This document shows, in pieces, positions 35,118-43,072 of a stretch of DNA of 43,254 nucleotides. The notes under the pieces were generated by a model that saw nothing but the letters and a program-made list of their open reading frames with translations, had not been told where the DNA came from and did not search any database. A program made the position numbers and the translations under genes. How positions within the stretch are numbered: the first letter of the stretch is position 1; every line of letters starts with the position of its first letter. This DNA comes from Eubacteriales bacterium. Lineage in GTDB: Bacteria > Bacillota > Clostridia > Oscillospirales > CAG-272. The stretch spans positions 1 through 43,254 of the forward strand of contig JAZQWS010000068.1 in NCBI GenBank assembly GCA_045632465.1, written 5' to 3'.

Positions 35118-37061
35118 ATGATTTTCAATTTTATAGGGGATATTTCAGATGTTGAAGCGGGATTGAAAATTCTTGCTCCGGATTACGGATTCTCGATCTG
35201 TTCTTGCGGAATCGAAACGGCCGTTGTGAAGGGAGATCATCTTGCGGTCTCCTTTGATGGAAAGAAAGCATCCATTACGTATAGTCGCCCCTGCGAATTT
35301 TTCCGTGCGATCGGCCTTCTTTTGCAGGAAACCGAGGATGGAAAGAAGCCCTACGCCAAGGAAGAATGGGCGAAGTTTGATACTTGTGGCGGAATGGTGG
35401 ATCTTTCGCATGGTTCTTTGATGAATGTAGATGCACTGAAAAGCTGCATGCGTAAGATGGCAATGATGGGTCTGAATATGTTCCTTTTCTATAGAGAGGA
35501 ATCCTATCACGTTCCGGAATACGAGTATTTCGGATATATGAGAGGCAGACATACGGACGAGCAGATTAAAGAGCTTGATGATTACGCATATGCACTCGGA
35601 ATTGAGATCATTCCCGCTATCCAGTGTCTTGGTCACCTTGGACATACGTTGCACTGGGGACAATTTGCCCCCATTCGAGATACGCCCAACTGTTTGCTTG
35701 TTGGTGAAGAGGAAACCTATCGGTTCATCGAATGCATGCTGAAGGCGGCAATGCGCCCGCTTCGCACCAAGCGTGTACATATCGGCTTTGATGAAACGAT
35801 GAGCCTTGGAACCGGCGCATACCGTGTAAAGCATGGTCTTGTTCCTCGCGAGGACATCTTCTGCGAGCATCTTCAGCGCGTAGCTGAGATCTGTGAGCGC
35901 ATGGGACTTCAGCCGAATATTTGGGCAGATATGTTCTTCCGCATCGGCGGCGCGGCAACCGGTTTTGATATTACCAATCATGATGTTCCCGAAGAAATGA
36001 AGAATAAGATTCCCGAAAATATCGAGCTGACTGCTTGGGATTATACCTCTTTGGATACTACCAATCTCGAGCAGGAAATCCGTTCGCTTAAATCCAGCGG
36101 AAGAACGATGTGGTTTGGCGGTGCTGTGCAGGATTGGCATGGCTTCTGCGTAAACTATTATCTCACGCGCGCCGCAACGGAATCGGCTCTGCCGCTTTGC
36201 AAGCGCCTCGGAGTTAAGAATATTATTGATACCACTTGGGGAGATGGAAGCACAGAACGCGATTTCTTCTGTAATTTCCTTGGCTTCCAGATGTATGCGG
36301 AGCATATGTATAATGATGCCCCCACGTACGAAGAGATTCAGCATCGCTGCGATTTCTGCATCAAGGCACCTGCGCAGATGATTTTGGATATTGCAGATAT
36401 CGACAATGCCGAGCATGTCGAGGATCTTCTTGCGCTGAAGGATGATATTGTGGATTCCATGGCGCCTGAAAATACGACTGCTCGAACCCTGGACAGCTCG
36501 CCTTCTCTCGTGAATCCCACGTTCTATCTTATGTGGCAGGATCCTCTTGCCGGCCTCTTTGATACCGAGCCCGTGAAGCTTGATTTCAGAGCGCATTTCC
36601 TTGCGCAGAAGAAAAAACTTGAGGGATATGTAGGAAAATATCCTGAGTATGAGCAAACGCTTGTATTTTATATCTCTCTTTGCGAAACGTTGATTGAAAA
36701 GTGCGATATCGGTATACGCCTTCGCGATGCATATCTCGCAAAGGACAATGTGGCTCTCAAGTCGCTTATCGACATCGATGTTCCGAAGCTGATCGACCTG
36801 GTGGAGGATCAATGGCTGAAGTATAGAACGCTTTGGTTCTTGAGAAACCAGGCATTTGGATTTGATGTGATCGAGCGCCGTTACGGTGGAGTAATTGCGC
36901 GTTTGAAGACGACCATTTATCGTGTAAACGAGTATCTGGATGGAAAAATTGATTTCATCGAGGAGCTTGATGAGCCTCGTCTGCCTGCTACAAGAAAGAG
37001 CAACCATATTTCGTACAGTCATTCTTATTTGGGTGTTGCCTCTGCTTGGGGAACTCCTTAA
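35118..37061 (+). CDS. Glycoside hydrolase family 20 beta-N-acetylhexosaminidase-like protein (no signal peptide)
   Basis: 'FGYMRGR', 'IPAIQCLGHL', catalytic 'VHIGFDE', 'IWADMF', 'TWGDG', 'WQDPL', 'FGFDV...RYGG..AR'. Confidence 0.88.
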   Translation: MIFNFIGDISDVEAGLKILAPDYGFSICSCGIETAVVKGDHLAVSFDGKKASITYSRPCEFFRAIGLLLQETEDGKKPYAKEEWAKFDTCGGMVDLSHGSLMNVDALKSCMRKMAMMGLNMFLFYREESYHVPEYEYFGYMRGRHTDEQIKELDDYAYALGIEIIPAIQCLGHLGHTLHWGQFAPIRDTPNCLLVGEEETYRFIECMLKAAMRPLRTKRVHIGFDETMSLGTGAYRVKHGLVPREDIFCEHLQRVAEICERMGLQPNIWADMFFRIGGAATGFDITNHDVPEEMKNKIPENIELTAWDYTSLDTTNLEQEIRSLKSSGRTMWFGGAVQDWHGFCVNYYLTRAATESALPLCKRLGVKNIIDTTWGDGSTERDFFCNFLGFQMYAEHMYNDAPTYEEIQHRCDFCIKAPAQMILDIADIDNAEHVEDLLALKDDIVDSMAPENTTARTLDSSPSLVNPTFYLMWQDPLAGLFDTEPVKLDFRAHFLAQKKKLEGYVGKYPEYEQTLVFYISLCETLIEKCDIGIRLRDAYLAKDNVALKSLIDIDVPKLIDLVEDQWLKYRTLWFLRNQAFGFDVIERRYGGVIARLKTTIYRVNEYLDGKIDFIEELDEPRLPATRKSNHISYSHSYLGVASAWGTP

Positions 37062-37075
37062 GTCTGCTTACAATG

Positions 37076-37121
37076 AAAAAAACTCCGATAGCATCTTTTT
37101 TGATGTTATCGGAGTTTTTTT
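37076..37121 (+). terminator. Intrinsic terminator after the GH20 gene
   Basis: AAAAAAACTCCGATAGCATC...GATGTTATCGGAGTTTTTTT. Confidence 0.85.
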
Positions 37122-37218
37122 ACTTTGTTTGACAAGCGTAAGTAATTTTTCCTTGTTTTTTTATAAAGAAAATGAAAAAAATAAAAGGGAAGTGAAAAGA
37201 AAGGATTCTTGTGCAAGA

Positions 37219-37998
37219 ATGATTATAAAAAGAGGATTGGCTTTTTTTACGTTGACAATTTTGATTTTTTCGCTTGTTTCCGGCAATGTATTTGCGACCG
37301 AGTGCCACGGAAAAAGCTTCTATATAAAAAAGAACGGGAATTTACGTCCCATATTGCCGGATGATGAAAAGGCGATCGAGATGTATGATGCTTTTTATAT
37401 AGACCCATGTAAAACAGACGGTGATACTGATAAGGTTTTATATCTCACCTTTGATGCAGGATACGAAAACGGAAATGTTGAAAAGATATTGGATACACTG
37501 AAGGAAGAAAACGCTCCCGGTGCATTTTTTCTCCTTGGGCATATCATAAGAAAAAACACGGATCTTGTGAAAAGAATGAGCCGAGAAGGGCATATCGTTT
37601 GCAATCACACGGAAAATCATGCGGATATGACACAGTGTTCTAAAGAAGAAATGTGCGAAAATCTTTCCCGACTCGAAAGTGTATATAAAGAACAAACCGG
37701 CGAGACGATGGAGAAATTTTTCCGTTTTCCTGAAGGAAAGTACGATGAAGATCACCTTTCCTATGCAAAAGAAATGGGATATAAAACGTTTTTTTGGAGC
37801 TTGGCTTATGCAGATTGGGACAACAACAAACAAATGAATACGGAAAAAGCTAAGAAAATTCTCCTTGAAAATACACACAATGGAGCGATTATCCTACTTC
37901 ATCCAACTTCTTCGACCAATGCAAAAATTTTGCCCGATCTCATCAAGGCGTGGCGTGCGATGGGATATAGATTCGGAAGCCTCAAAGAATTTGTTTAA
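37219..37998 (+). CDS. pdaA: Polysaccharide deacetylase, PdaA-type (muramic delta-lactam-forming de-N-acetylase)
   Basis: Signal peptide ending 'VFA'; 'LYLTFDAGYENG', 'NHTENH.DM', 'FRFPEG', 'FWSLAYADWD', 'HNGAIILLH'. Track start at 36940 overlaps GH20 and the terminator, so rejected. Confidence 0.85.
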   Translation: MIIKRGLAFFTLTILIFSLVSGNVFATECHGKSFYIKKNGNLRPILPDDEKAIEMYDAFYIDPCKTDGDTDKVLYLTFDAGYENGNVEKILDTLKEENAPGAFFLLGHIIRKNTDLVKRMSREGHIVCNHTENHADMTQCSKEEMCENLSRLESVYKEQTGETMEKFFRFPEGKYDEDHLSYAKEMGYKTFFWSLAYADWDNNKQMNTEKAKKILLENTHNGAIILLHPTSSTNAKILPDLIKAWRAMGYRFGSLKEFV

Positions 37999-38837
37999 GT
38001 ACGGAATCCTTCCAGCAGGGAAATACGCTTATTGGCGTAGCGATAAGCTTGTTCGAAGTTGATAAGCTCCTTATAGCAGAGTTCCAAATCGGAGTAAACG
38101 CTGAGGATAACGCAGGAGTTATATTGTTCGGGGCCTTTCATATCCTCTAACTTGTGAAGAATATTAATTGCTTCGTTGTATTTTCTCGTGCGCAGAAGAG
38201 CTTTCGCTTCCATGTGCAGGCGAAAGACTTCATTCTCATAGGAAAATTCTTGATCCTGATGAAGATAACGGAAGAATTCGTAATCGTAGGAGGAAAATAT
38301 GTGTTTGTTAAAAGCTTCTGCATCGAGCTCCAATAGGGGGGATTGGATGTTTCTCACAATGGCACTATAGAGCGGAATCAGTGCTTTGAATTCTTCTGTT
38401 GGATAAATACAGCTATCCATGTGCTTTTTGCAGTTCTCGAAATGCTGTTCGGCGCGGCGAAGATCTCCGGCGATTGTTAAGCGCTTTCCATAATAAAAGG
38501 AGGCGCAAACGTAAAGAAATCGAATCTCATCATCCATTTCGCCAAGCGAGTCTATCAATGTAAGGCAATCCTGATATCTCTTTTGTGCATATGCTTTTCT
38601 TATGTTTGGGATTGCCTTTTCTTTTTTATAGGAAAAGAGATTCGCTTCTTCGTCCATCAGATATCCGATAGGCAAATTCAAGGTTTCTGAAAGATATTTC
38701 AGTGTTTCGATCGAAGGCTGAACCTTGCCGGATTCTATGCAGCTGAGCATGTTTCTGGTGATGAAATCGCCCGCGATTGCGTTTTGAGTCAATCCGAGAC
38801 GAATTCGTTCTGCCTTTATTTTTTCTCCTAATTTCAT
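37995..38837 (-). CDS. XRE-family HTH regulator with helical TPR-like C-terminal region
   Basis: 'LGEKIKAERIRLGLTQ..IA...ITRNMLS.IESGK..PS.ETL.YLS..L' HTH; TPR-like helices (e.g. 'DLELCYKELINFEQAYRYA'). Confidence 0.82.
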   Translation of the reverse strand: MKLGEKIKAERIRLGLTQNAIAGDFITRNMLSCIESGKVQPSIETLKYLSETLNLPIGYLMDEEANLFSYKKEKAIPNIRKAYAQKRYQDCLTLIDSLGEMDDEIRFLYVCASFYYGKRLTIAGDLRRAEQHFENCKKHMDSCIYPTEEFKALIPLYSAIVRNIQSPLLELDAEAFNKHIFSSYDYEFFRYLHQDQEFSYENEVFRLHMEAKALLRTRKYNEAINILHKLEDMKGPEQYNSCVILSVYSDLELCYKELINFEQAYRYANKRISLLEGFRT

Positions 38838-38852
38838 TTTTTCTCCATAAAA

Positions 38853-39869
38853 TCAATGTTTCTTTTGGATGTCAGAAAGTGGGTTTTGTTCCATGGCTTC
38901 TTCGATGTTTCGGCTCACGACGTGAGTGTATATTTGTGTTGTGTTTAATTGCTCGTGTCCGAGTATATCCTTGAGAACTCGGATGTCTACCTTTCCGGTC
39001 TGATACATTAGCGTTGCCGCGGTGTGACGAAGCTTATGAACCGAAAGTCCACGATGTCCAAGCCCTGCAGCTTCCAGATATTTATAGGCTAACCATTGAA
39101 CTGTTTTAACGGAAATGCGGGTTTCAAGGCGGCTGATAAAAAGAGCCTTTTCGTCGGTTCGGATATATCTTGGATCGAGGCGAACGCGCAGATAATCCTG
39201 CAGACTTATTTTGCAGGCGTTATTAAGATAGATCATACGCTCTTTGTTTCCTTTTCCGAGAACCATTACTTGCGTTAGATCGGAGTCGAAGCTGTCAATG
39301 TTGAGACCAACAAGCTCACTTAAACGCATTCCCGTATTCAGAAACAAGGTGAAAATACAAAGATCTCTCGCCACGGTTTTGGATTCAATATCATTTTGGA
39401 TGGCGGAAAGAAAACGGATCGATTCCTCCAAGGTCATATATTTTGGAAGGGATTTTTTTGCCTTCGGTCCTTCCACATCGGCGGCGGGGTTGCTTTCAAT
39501 CAAGTGCTTTTTTGTATAAAGATAATGAAAAAAGGACTTGATCGCGCTAAGCTTTCGCATACGCGTATTGGAGGTATTTTCGCGCTTCGTAGCGATATAC
39601 ATGATAAAATCGATGATATTTTGCGTCGTTATGCGCTTAACATCATCTAAGGTGATATGGCTGATAGAGAGTGCCTCAAATTCTTCGGCAGATAAATCAG
39701 CTCCTTCCTCACGCATTCTTAAAAAACGGAAAAACGTGCGCAGATCCAGTAGATATTCGCAAATAGTTTGGGGGCTGTTTCCGCGTATCGCCGTTGTGTA
39801 TGAGGCATATTCCTGAAGGATTTTTGGAAACGTGCGGAATTCAGCATTGTTCATTTCAAGCACAGCCAT
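38853..39869 (-). CDS. xerC: Tyrosine recombinase, XerC-like
   Basis: Intact catalytic set: R (TGMRLSE), K (GKGNKER), HxxR (HKLRH), H (LGH), Y (TQIYTH); ATG 39869 follows GGAGGTG. Confidence 0.88.
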   Translation of the reverse strand: MAVLEMNNAEFRTFPKILQEYASYTTAIRGNSPQTICEYLLDLRTFFRFLRMREEGADLSAEEFEALSISHITLDDVKRITTQNIIDFIMYIATKRENTSNTRMRKLSAIKSFFHYLYTKKHLIESNPAADVEGPKAKKSLPKYMTLEESIRFLSAIQNDIESKTVARDLCIFTLFLNTGMRLSELVGLNIDSFDSDLTQVMVLGKGNKERMIYLNNACKISLQDYLRVRLDPRYIRTDEKALFISRLETRISVKTVQWLAYKYLEAAGLGHRGLSVHKLRHTAATLMYQTGKVDIRVLKDILGHEQLNTTQIYTHVVSRNIEEAMEQNPLSDIQKKH

Positions 39870-39955
39870 AGCATCACCTCCGTTTTTCACTACTTCTATT
39901 ATACAAAATAAATTTTAATTTTAGTGGATAAAGTGTAAACATTTGTCGTTTTGCC

Positions 39956-39983
39956 TTGCTTTTTTTTCATGCTATGTTAAAAT
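39956..39983 (+). promoter_or_regulatory. Putative extended -10 sigmaA promoter of the membrane-protein gene
   Basis: TTGCTT - 16 bp - TG-T-TAAAAT. Confidence 0.45.
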
Positions 39984-40013
39984 AGATATAAAATATGACA
40001 CTTGGGAGTGCCT

Positions 40014-40613
40014 ATGCGATTTTTGAAAGAAAACTCATATGATATTGTTCGCCTTTACATCAACCAGTTTGGAATGACTGTATTTTCGTTGATTTTATAT
40101 TTTTCGTCTTCAATTGTCGGGAATAACGATTGGATATTGACTCTTTATCTTGCGGTATCCGTTTTTTCCACGCTTTTTCTCTACGTTCTGTTTTACTACG
40201 CGGCTTGGGAATTTGGAGCAAAGGATCGTATCCGCATTGATTCGGGCCGCATGATTTACAATAAATACAAGGGCTTGTACCTTGGTCTTTTTGCAGGCGC
40301 ACCCAATTTTGTTTTTGCGCTTCTCAGCATCATCGGAAAGGGAATTTATATTTTGACCGATGCAGGATTTTTTGATCTCCTTTTCTCGATCCCAAACGTG
40401 CTTTTGAGATTTACGTCTGCGATGTATATGGGTGCTTTGAAATTTGCTTTCGAGCCCTTGAGCGCTAGTTCGCCGGATATTTTCTTCTTCTGGCAATCGG
40501 TTGGCTTCGTTGTGCTGACGGCGCTTGGCGTTCTTGTCGTGCATTTTGGTTATAGCATGGGGCACGGATGCCGCCATATTGCGGATATATTCAAAGGAAA
40601 TAAGGAAAACTAA
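40014..40613 (+). CDS. Hypothetical multi-pass membrane protein
   Basis: Four to five hydrophobic segments, 'WEFGAKDR' motif, GGGAG RBS; family not recognised. Confidence 0.7.
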   Translation: MRFLKENSYDIVRLYINQFGMTVFSLILYFSSSIVGNNDWILTLYLAVSVFSTLFLYVLFYYAAWEFGAKDRIRIDSGRMIYNKYKGLYLGLFAGAPNFVFALLSIIGKGIYILTDAGFFDLLFSIPNVLLRFTSAMYMGALKFAFEPLSASSPDIFFFWQSVGFVVLTALGVLVVHFGYSMGHGCRHIADIFKGNKEN

Positions 40614-40642
40614 GAATACTTGATGCTTGACCTCCATATGGT
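40614..40642 (+). promoter_or_regulatory. Putative sigmaE-type sporulation promoter of cwlD
   Basis: GAATACT (40614-40620) - 14 bp - CATATGGT (40635-40642), compared with the B. subtilis sigmaE consensus (T/G)(A/C)ATAxx-N14-CATAcaxT. Confidence 0.45.
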
Positions 40643-40670
40643 TTACCGTATGGAGGTCGTTATGTTTTTT
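40629..40670 (+). terminator. 13-bp hairpin followed by a T-rich tract; also covers the cwlD Shine-Dalgarno
   Basis: GACCTCCATATGG-TTTA-CCGTATGGAGGTC (one G-U pair), then GTTATGTTTTTT. Confidence 0.6.
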
Positions 40671-41399
40671 GAGTATGTTTTTAAGGAAAAGAAGAGCGGC
40701 GTGGTAACTTTGTTTTTTCCGTTCTTGATTTTAACTGTTTTTCTTTTGGCGGTTACTCCGATTCTCTTATCTTGCGCTAAAAGTGTTTCGGTAGAGAAAG
40801 AGAAATCCGGGCGTGTTTTTATATTGGATGCGGGGCACGGCGGGGAGGATTGCGGAGCAATAGGAAAAAATGGCGCTTATGAAAAGGATCTCAATTTGAC
40901 GATAACTATGGAGCTGGGACGCCAACTTTCCGATCTCGGTTACACCGTAGTATATACGCGAACGGAGGATAAACTTCTTTATACTGATGAGGAGAATATC
41001 AAAGGGCTGCGGAAAATATACGATTTGAAAAATAGAGTCAGGATTGCAGAAAGCTATCCCGATGCTACGTTTGTTAGTCTGCATATGAATTCATTTTCCG
41101 ATCCAAGATATGATGGCTTGCAGGTTTTTTATTCGGGGAATCACGAAGAAAGCTACATATTGGCGGCATCCGTACAATCGCAGGTGAAGGAAAAACTGCA
41201 ACCGAATAATAACCGAAGTATCCGAGAGGGGGCGGGGCTCTATCTAATGGAAAATCTCACATGTCCCGCTGTTTTGATTGAATGTGGTTTTATATCCAAT
41301 TCATCAGAGTGTGAAAAACTTTGCGAAAAAGAATATCAAAAACAATTGTGTTTTGCCATTTTATGTGGTATAATAGATGTAAATACAAAGAAAAAATAA
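40662..41399 (+). CDS. cwlD: N-acetylmuramoyl-L-alanine amidase (Amidase_3), CwlD-like
   Basis: N-terminal TM segment; 'ILDAGHGGED', 'EKDLNL', CwlD-type insert '...RKIYDLKNRV', 'SLHMNSF...Y.GLQVFY', 'LIECGFISN'. Confidence 0.8.
   Translation: MFFEYVFKEKKSGVVTLFFPFLILTVFLLAVTPILLSCAKSVSVEKEKSGRVFILDAGHGGEDCGAIGKNGAYEKDLNLTITMELGRQLSDLGYTVVYTRTEDKLLYTDEENIKGLRKIYDLKNRVRIAESYPDATFVSLHMNSFSDPRYDGLQVFYSGNHEESYILAASVQSQVKEKLQPNNNRSIREGAGLYLMENLTCPAVLIECGFISNSSECEKLCEKEYQKQLCFAILCGIIDVNTKKK
41346..41374 (+). promoter_or_regulatory. Putative internal sigmaA promoter for radA inside the cwlD 3' end
   Basis: TTGTGT (41346-41351) - 17 bp - TGTG-G-TATAAT (41369-41374), extended -10. Confidence 0.6.
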
Positions 41400-41411
41400 A
41401 AGGAAGTTGCA

Positions 41412-42809
41412 ATGAAAACGCCAAAGGTTTTGTTTGTCTGCCGAGAATGCGGTGCAACCAGCATCCGATGGATCGGAAAATGCCCGGATTGTGGCGCATG
41501 GGATTCTTATGACGAAGAGCAAGTGCAGGAAGAAAAGGCAAAGACAGGTTCGCGTGTATCCTCAAAAAATAAAGCTGTTCCTTTTTCGGAATTATCACAG
41601 CCGGATTATTTGCGTGCAACAACCGGAATGGCGGAGCTGGATAGAGTGCTCGGGGGCGGACTTGTGGAAAGAAGCGCTGTTTTGCTCTCCGGCGAGCCCG
41701 GTATCGGAAAATCCACACTTCTTTTGCAGATTTGTGATGTACTTTCGGAGAAACGCCGTGTTTTGTATGTGTCCGGAGAGGAATCTAACGGTCAATTAAA
41801 GCTTCGTGCCGAACGTTTGGAAATTAAGGGGGAAAATATCTTTCTTTTGACCGAAACCGATGTAGAGGCGGTTTTAGAAGAATGTGAACGCATTCAGCCG
41901 CAAGTCGTTATAATAGATTCTGTGCAAACACTTTCCAGCAATCGCTTTACGTCTGCTCCCGGAAGTATCACACAGGTACGTGAGTGCGCCTTATCCTTGA
42001 TTCATTACGGAAAAAGTAGCGGTGCGGCCGTTTTCCTTGTTGGTCATGTTAATAAAGAAGGCGGAATTTCCGGTCCGAAAATACTTGAACACATGGTGGA
42101 TGCCGTTCTTTATTTCGAAGGAGAGCGAACGAATTCCTACCGTATCATTCGTGCGATCAAAAATCGCTTCGGATCAACCAATGAAATCGGCGTGTTCCAA
42201 ATGGGAGAGCGCGGTTTGGAGGAAATTCCTAATCCCAGCGAGGTTGTGATGGCAGAGCGCCCCAAAAACACAAGTGGCTCTTGCGCAGGATGCGTGATGC
42301 AGGGAAGTCGTCCGATCATTTCGGAGATCCAGGCATTGGTAACGAAAACTACCTATCCCGTCGGAAAACGTACGGCGGATGGATTTGATTACAATCGTAT
42401 GTGCCTTTTGATGGCTGTGCTTGAAAAAAGGATGGGACTTCGTTTTTATGAAAATGATGTGTATTTGAATGTTGCCGGCGGTATTCGTCTTGATGAGCCA
42501 AGCGCAGATCTTTCAATTGCGATGGCCCTTATCAGTGGCATCACAGATCGTGTGATTGCAGACGATCTGATTGCTTTCGGAGAAATTGGCCTCGCCGGAG
42601 AGGTGCGTGCAGTCTCGCATATAGAATATCGTGTGAAAGAGGCTGTGCGCCTCGGATTTACGAAAATCGTTCTTCCGAAAAAAAATATTATACCTTCACT
42701 TCGTGTGCCGAGTGGTGTGAGCCTGATAGGTATTGAAAACATTTATCAAGCGCTTGCGAATATGAAGCTTCGCAAGCAAGAATCCGAACATTCGGAAGAT
42801 TCTCTCTAA
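41412..42809 (+). CDS. radA: DNA repair protein RadA/Sms
   Basis: C4 zinc finger CREC...CPDC, 'GEPGIGKSTL', 'GPKILEHMVD', 'KNRFG', Lon-like C-terminus. Confidence 0.97.
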   Translation: MKTPKVLFVCRECGATSIRWIGKCPDCGAWDSYDEEQVQEEKAKTGSRVSSKNKAVPFSELSQPDYLRATTGMAELDRVLGGGLVERSAVLLSGEPGIGKSTLLLQICDVLSEKRRVLYVSGEESNGQLKLRAERLEIKGENIFLLTETDVEAVLEECERIQPQVVIIDSVQTLSSNRFTSAPGSITQVRECALSLIHYGKSSGAAVFLVGHVNKEGGISGPKILEHMVDAVLYFEGERTNSYRIIRAIKNRFGSTNEIGVFQMGERGLEEIPNPSEVVMAERPKNTSGSCAGCVMQGSRPIISEIQALVTKTTYPVGKRTADGFDYNRMCLLMAVLEKRMGLRFYENDVYLNVAGGIRLDEPSADLSIAMALISGITDRVIADDLIAFGEIGLAGEVRAVSHIEYRVKEAVRLGFTKIVLPKKNIIPSLRVPSGVSLIGIENIYQALANMKLRKQESEHSEDSL

Positions 42810-42856
42810 ACAATTTATTTTAAATATTTTATATAGCTTTTTAAAATACATTTTAT

Positions 42857-42896
42857 GCGAGGATAATCGAATCTTTTTTCGATTGCCTCGCTTTTT
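42857..42896 (+). terminator. Intrinsic terminator after radA
   Basis: GCGAGGATAATCGAA...TTCGATTGCCTCGC-TTTTT. Confidence 0.8.
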
Positions 42897-42977
42897 CATT
42901 TTATAAAATTGTGCACAATAAACAAAAATGAACTATTATTTTCTACGCGCTATGTTGGTTTAAGTCAAAAAAACATC

Positions 42978-43006
42978 TTGAAATTCGGAATGCCATGTTG
43001 TATAAT
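42978..43006 (+). promoter_or_regulatory. sigmaA promoter of the EF-G-like gene
   Basis: TTGAAA (42978-42983) - 17 bp - TATAAT (43001-43006). Confidence 0.7.
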
Positions 43007-43072
43007 AAAATCAAGATGTGTGAGCAAAATGGTGCTCGGCATCAAATTATAGCATACAGGAGAACCAAACAC

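Noticed and set aside
35145-37022. 625-aa ORF antisense to GH20
   Set aside because: Spans almost exactly the sense gene, as expected of a shadow ORF; no RBS or domain recognised
36940-37218. 93-aa N-terminal extension of pdaA in the ORF track
   Set aside because: Overlaps GH20 and its terminator; the signal peptide starts at 37219
38853-39869. Recombinase as the integrase of a mobile element
   Set aside because: Flanked by housekeeping and sporulation genes; no att repeats, tRNA target or phage/ICE genes; sequence is XerC-like
39955-39985. dif site beside xerC (TATGTTAAA resembles the XerD arm)
   Set aside because: No matching second arm; better explained as the extended -10 of the divergent gene
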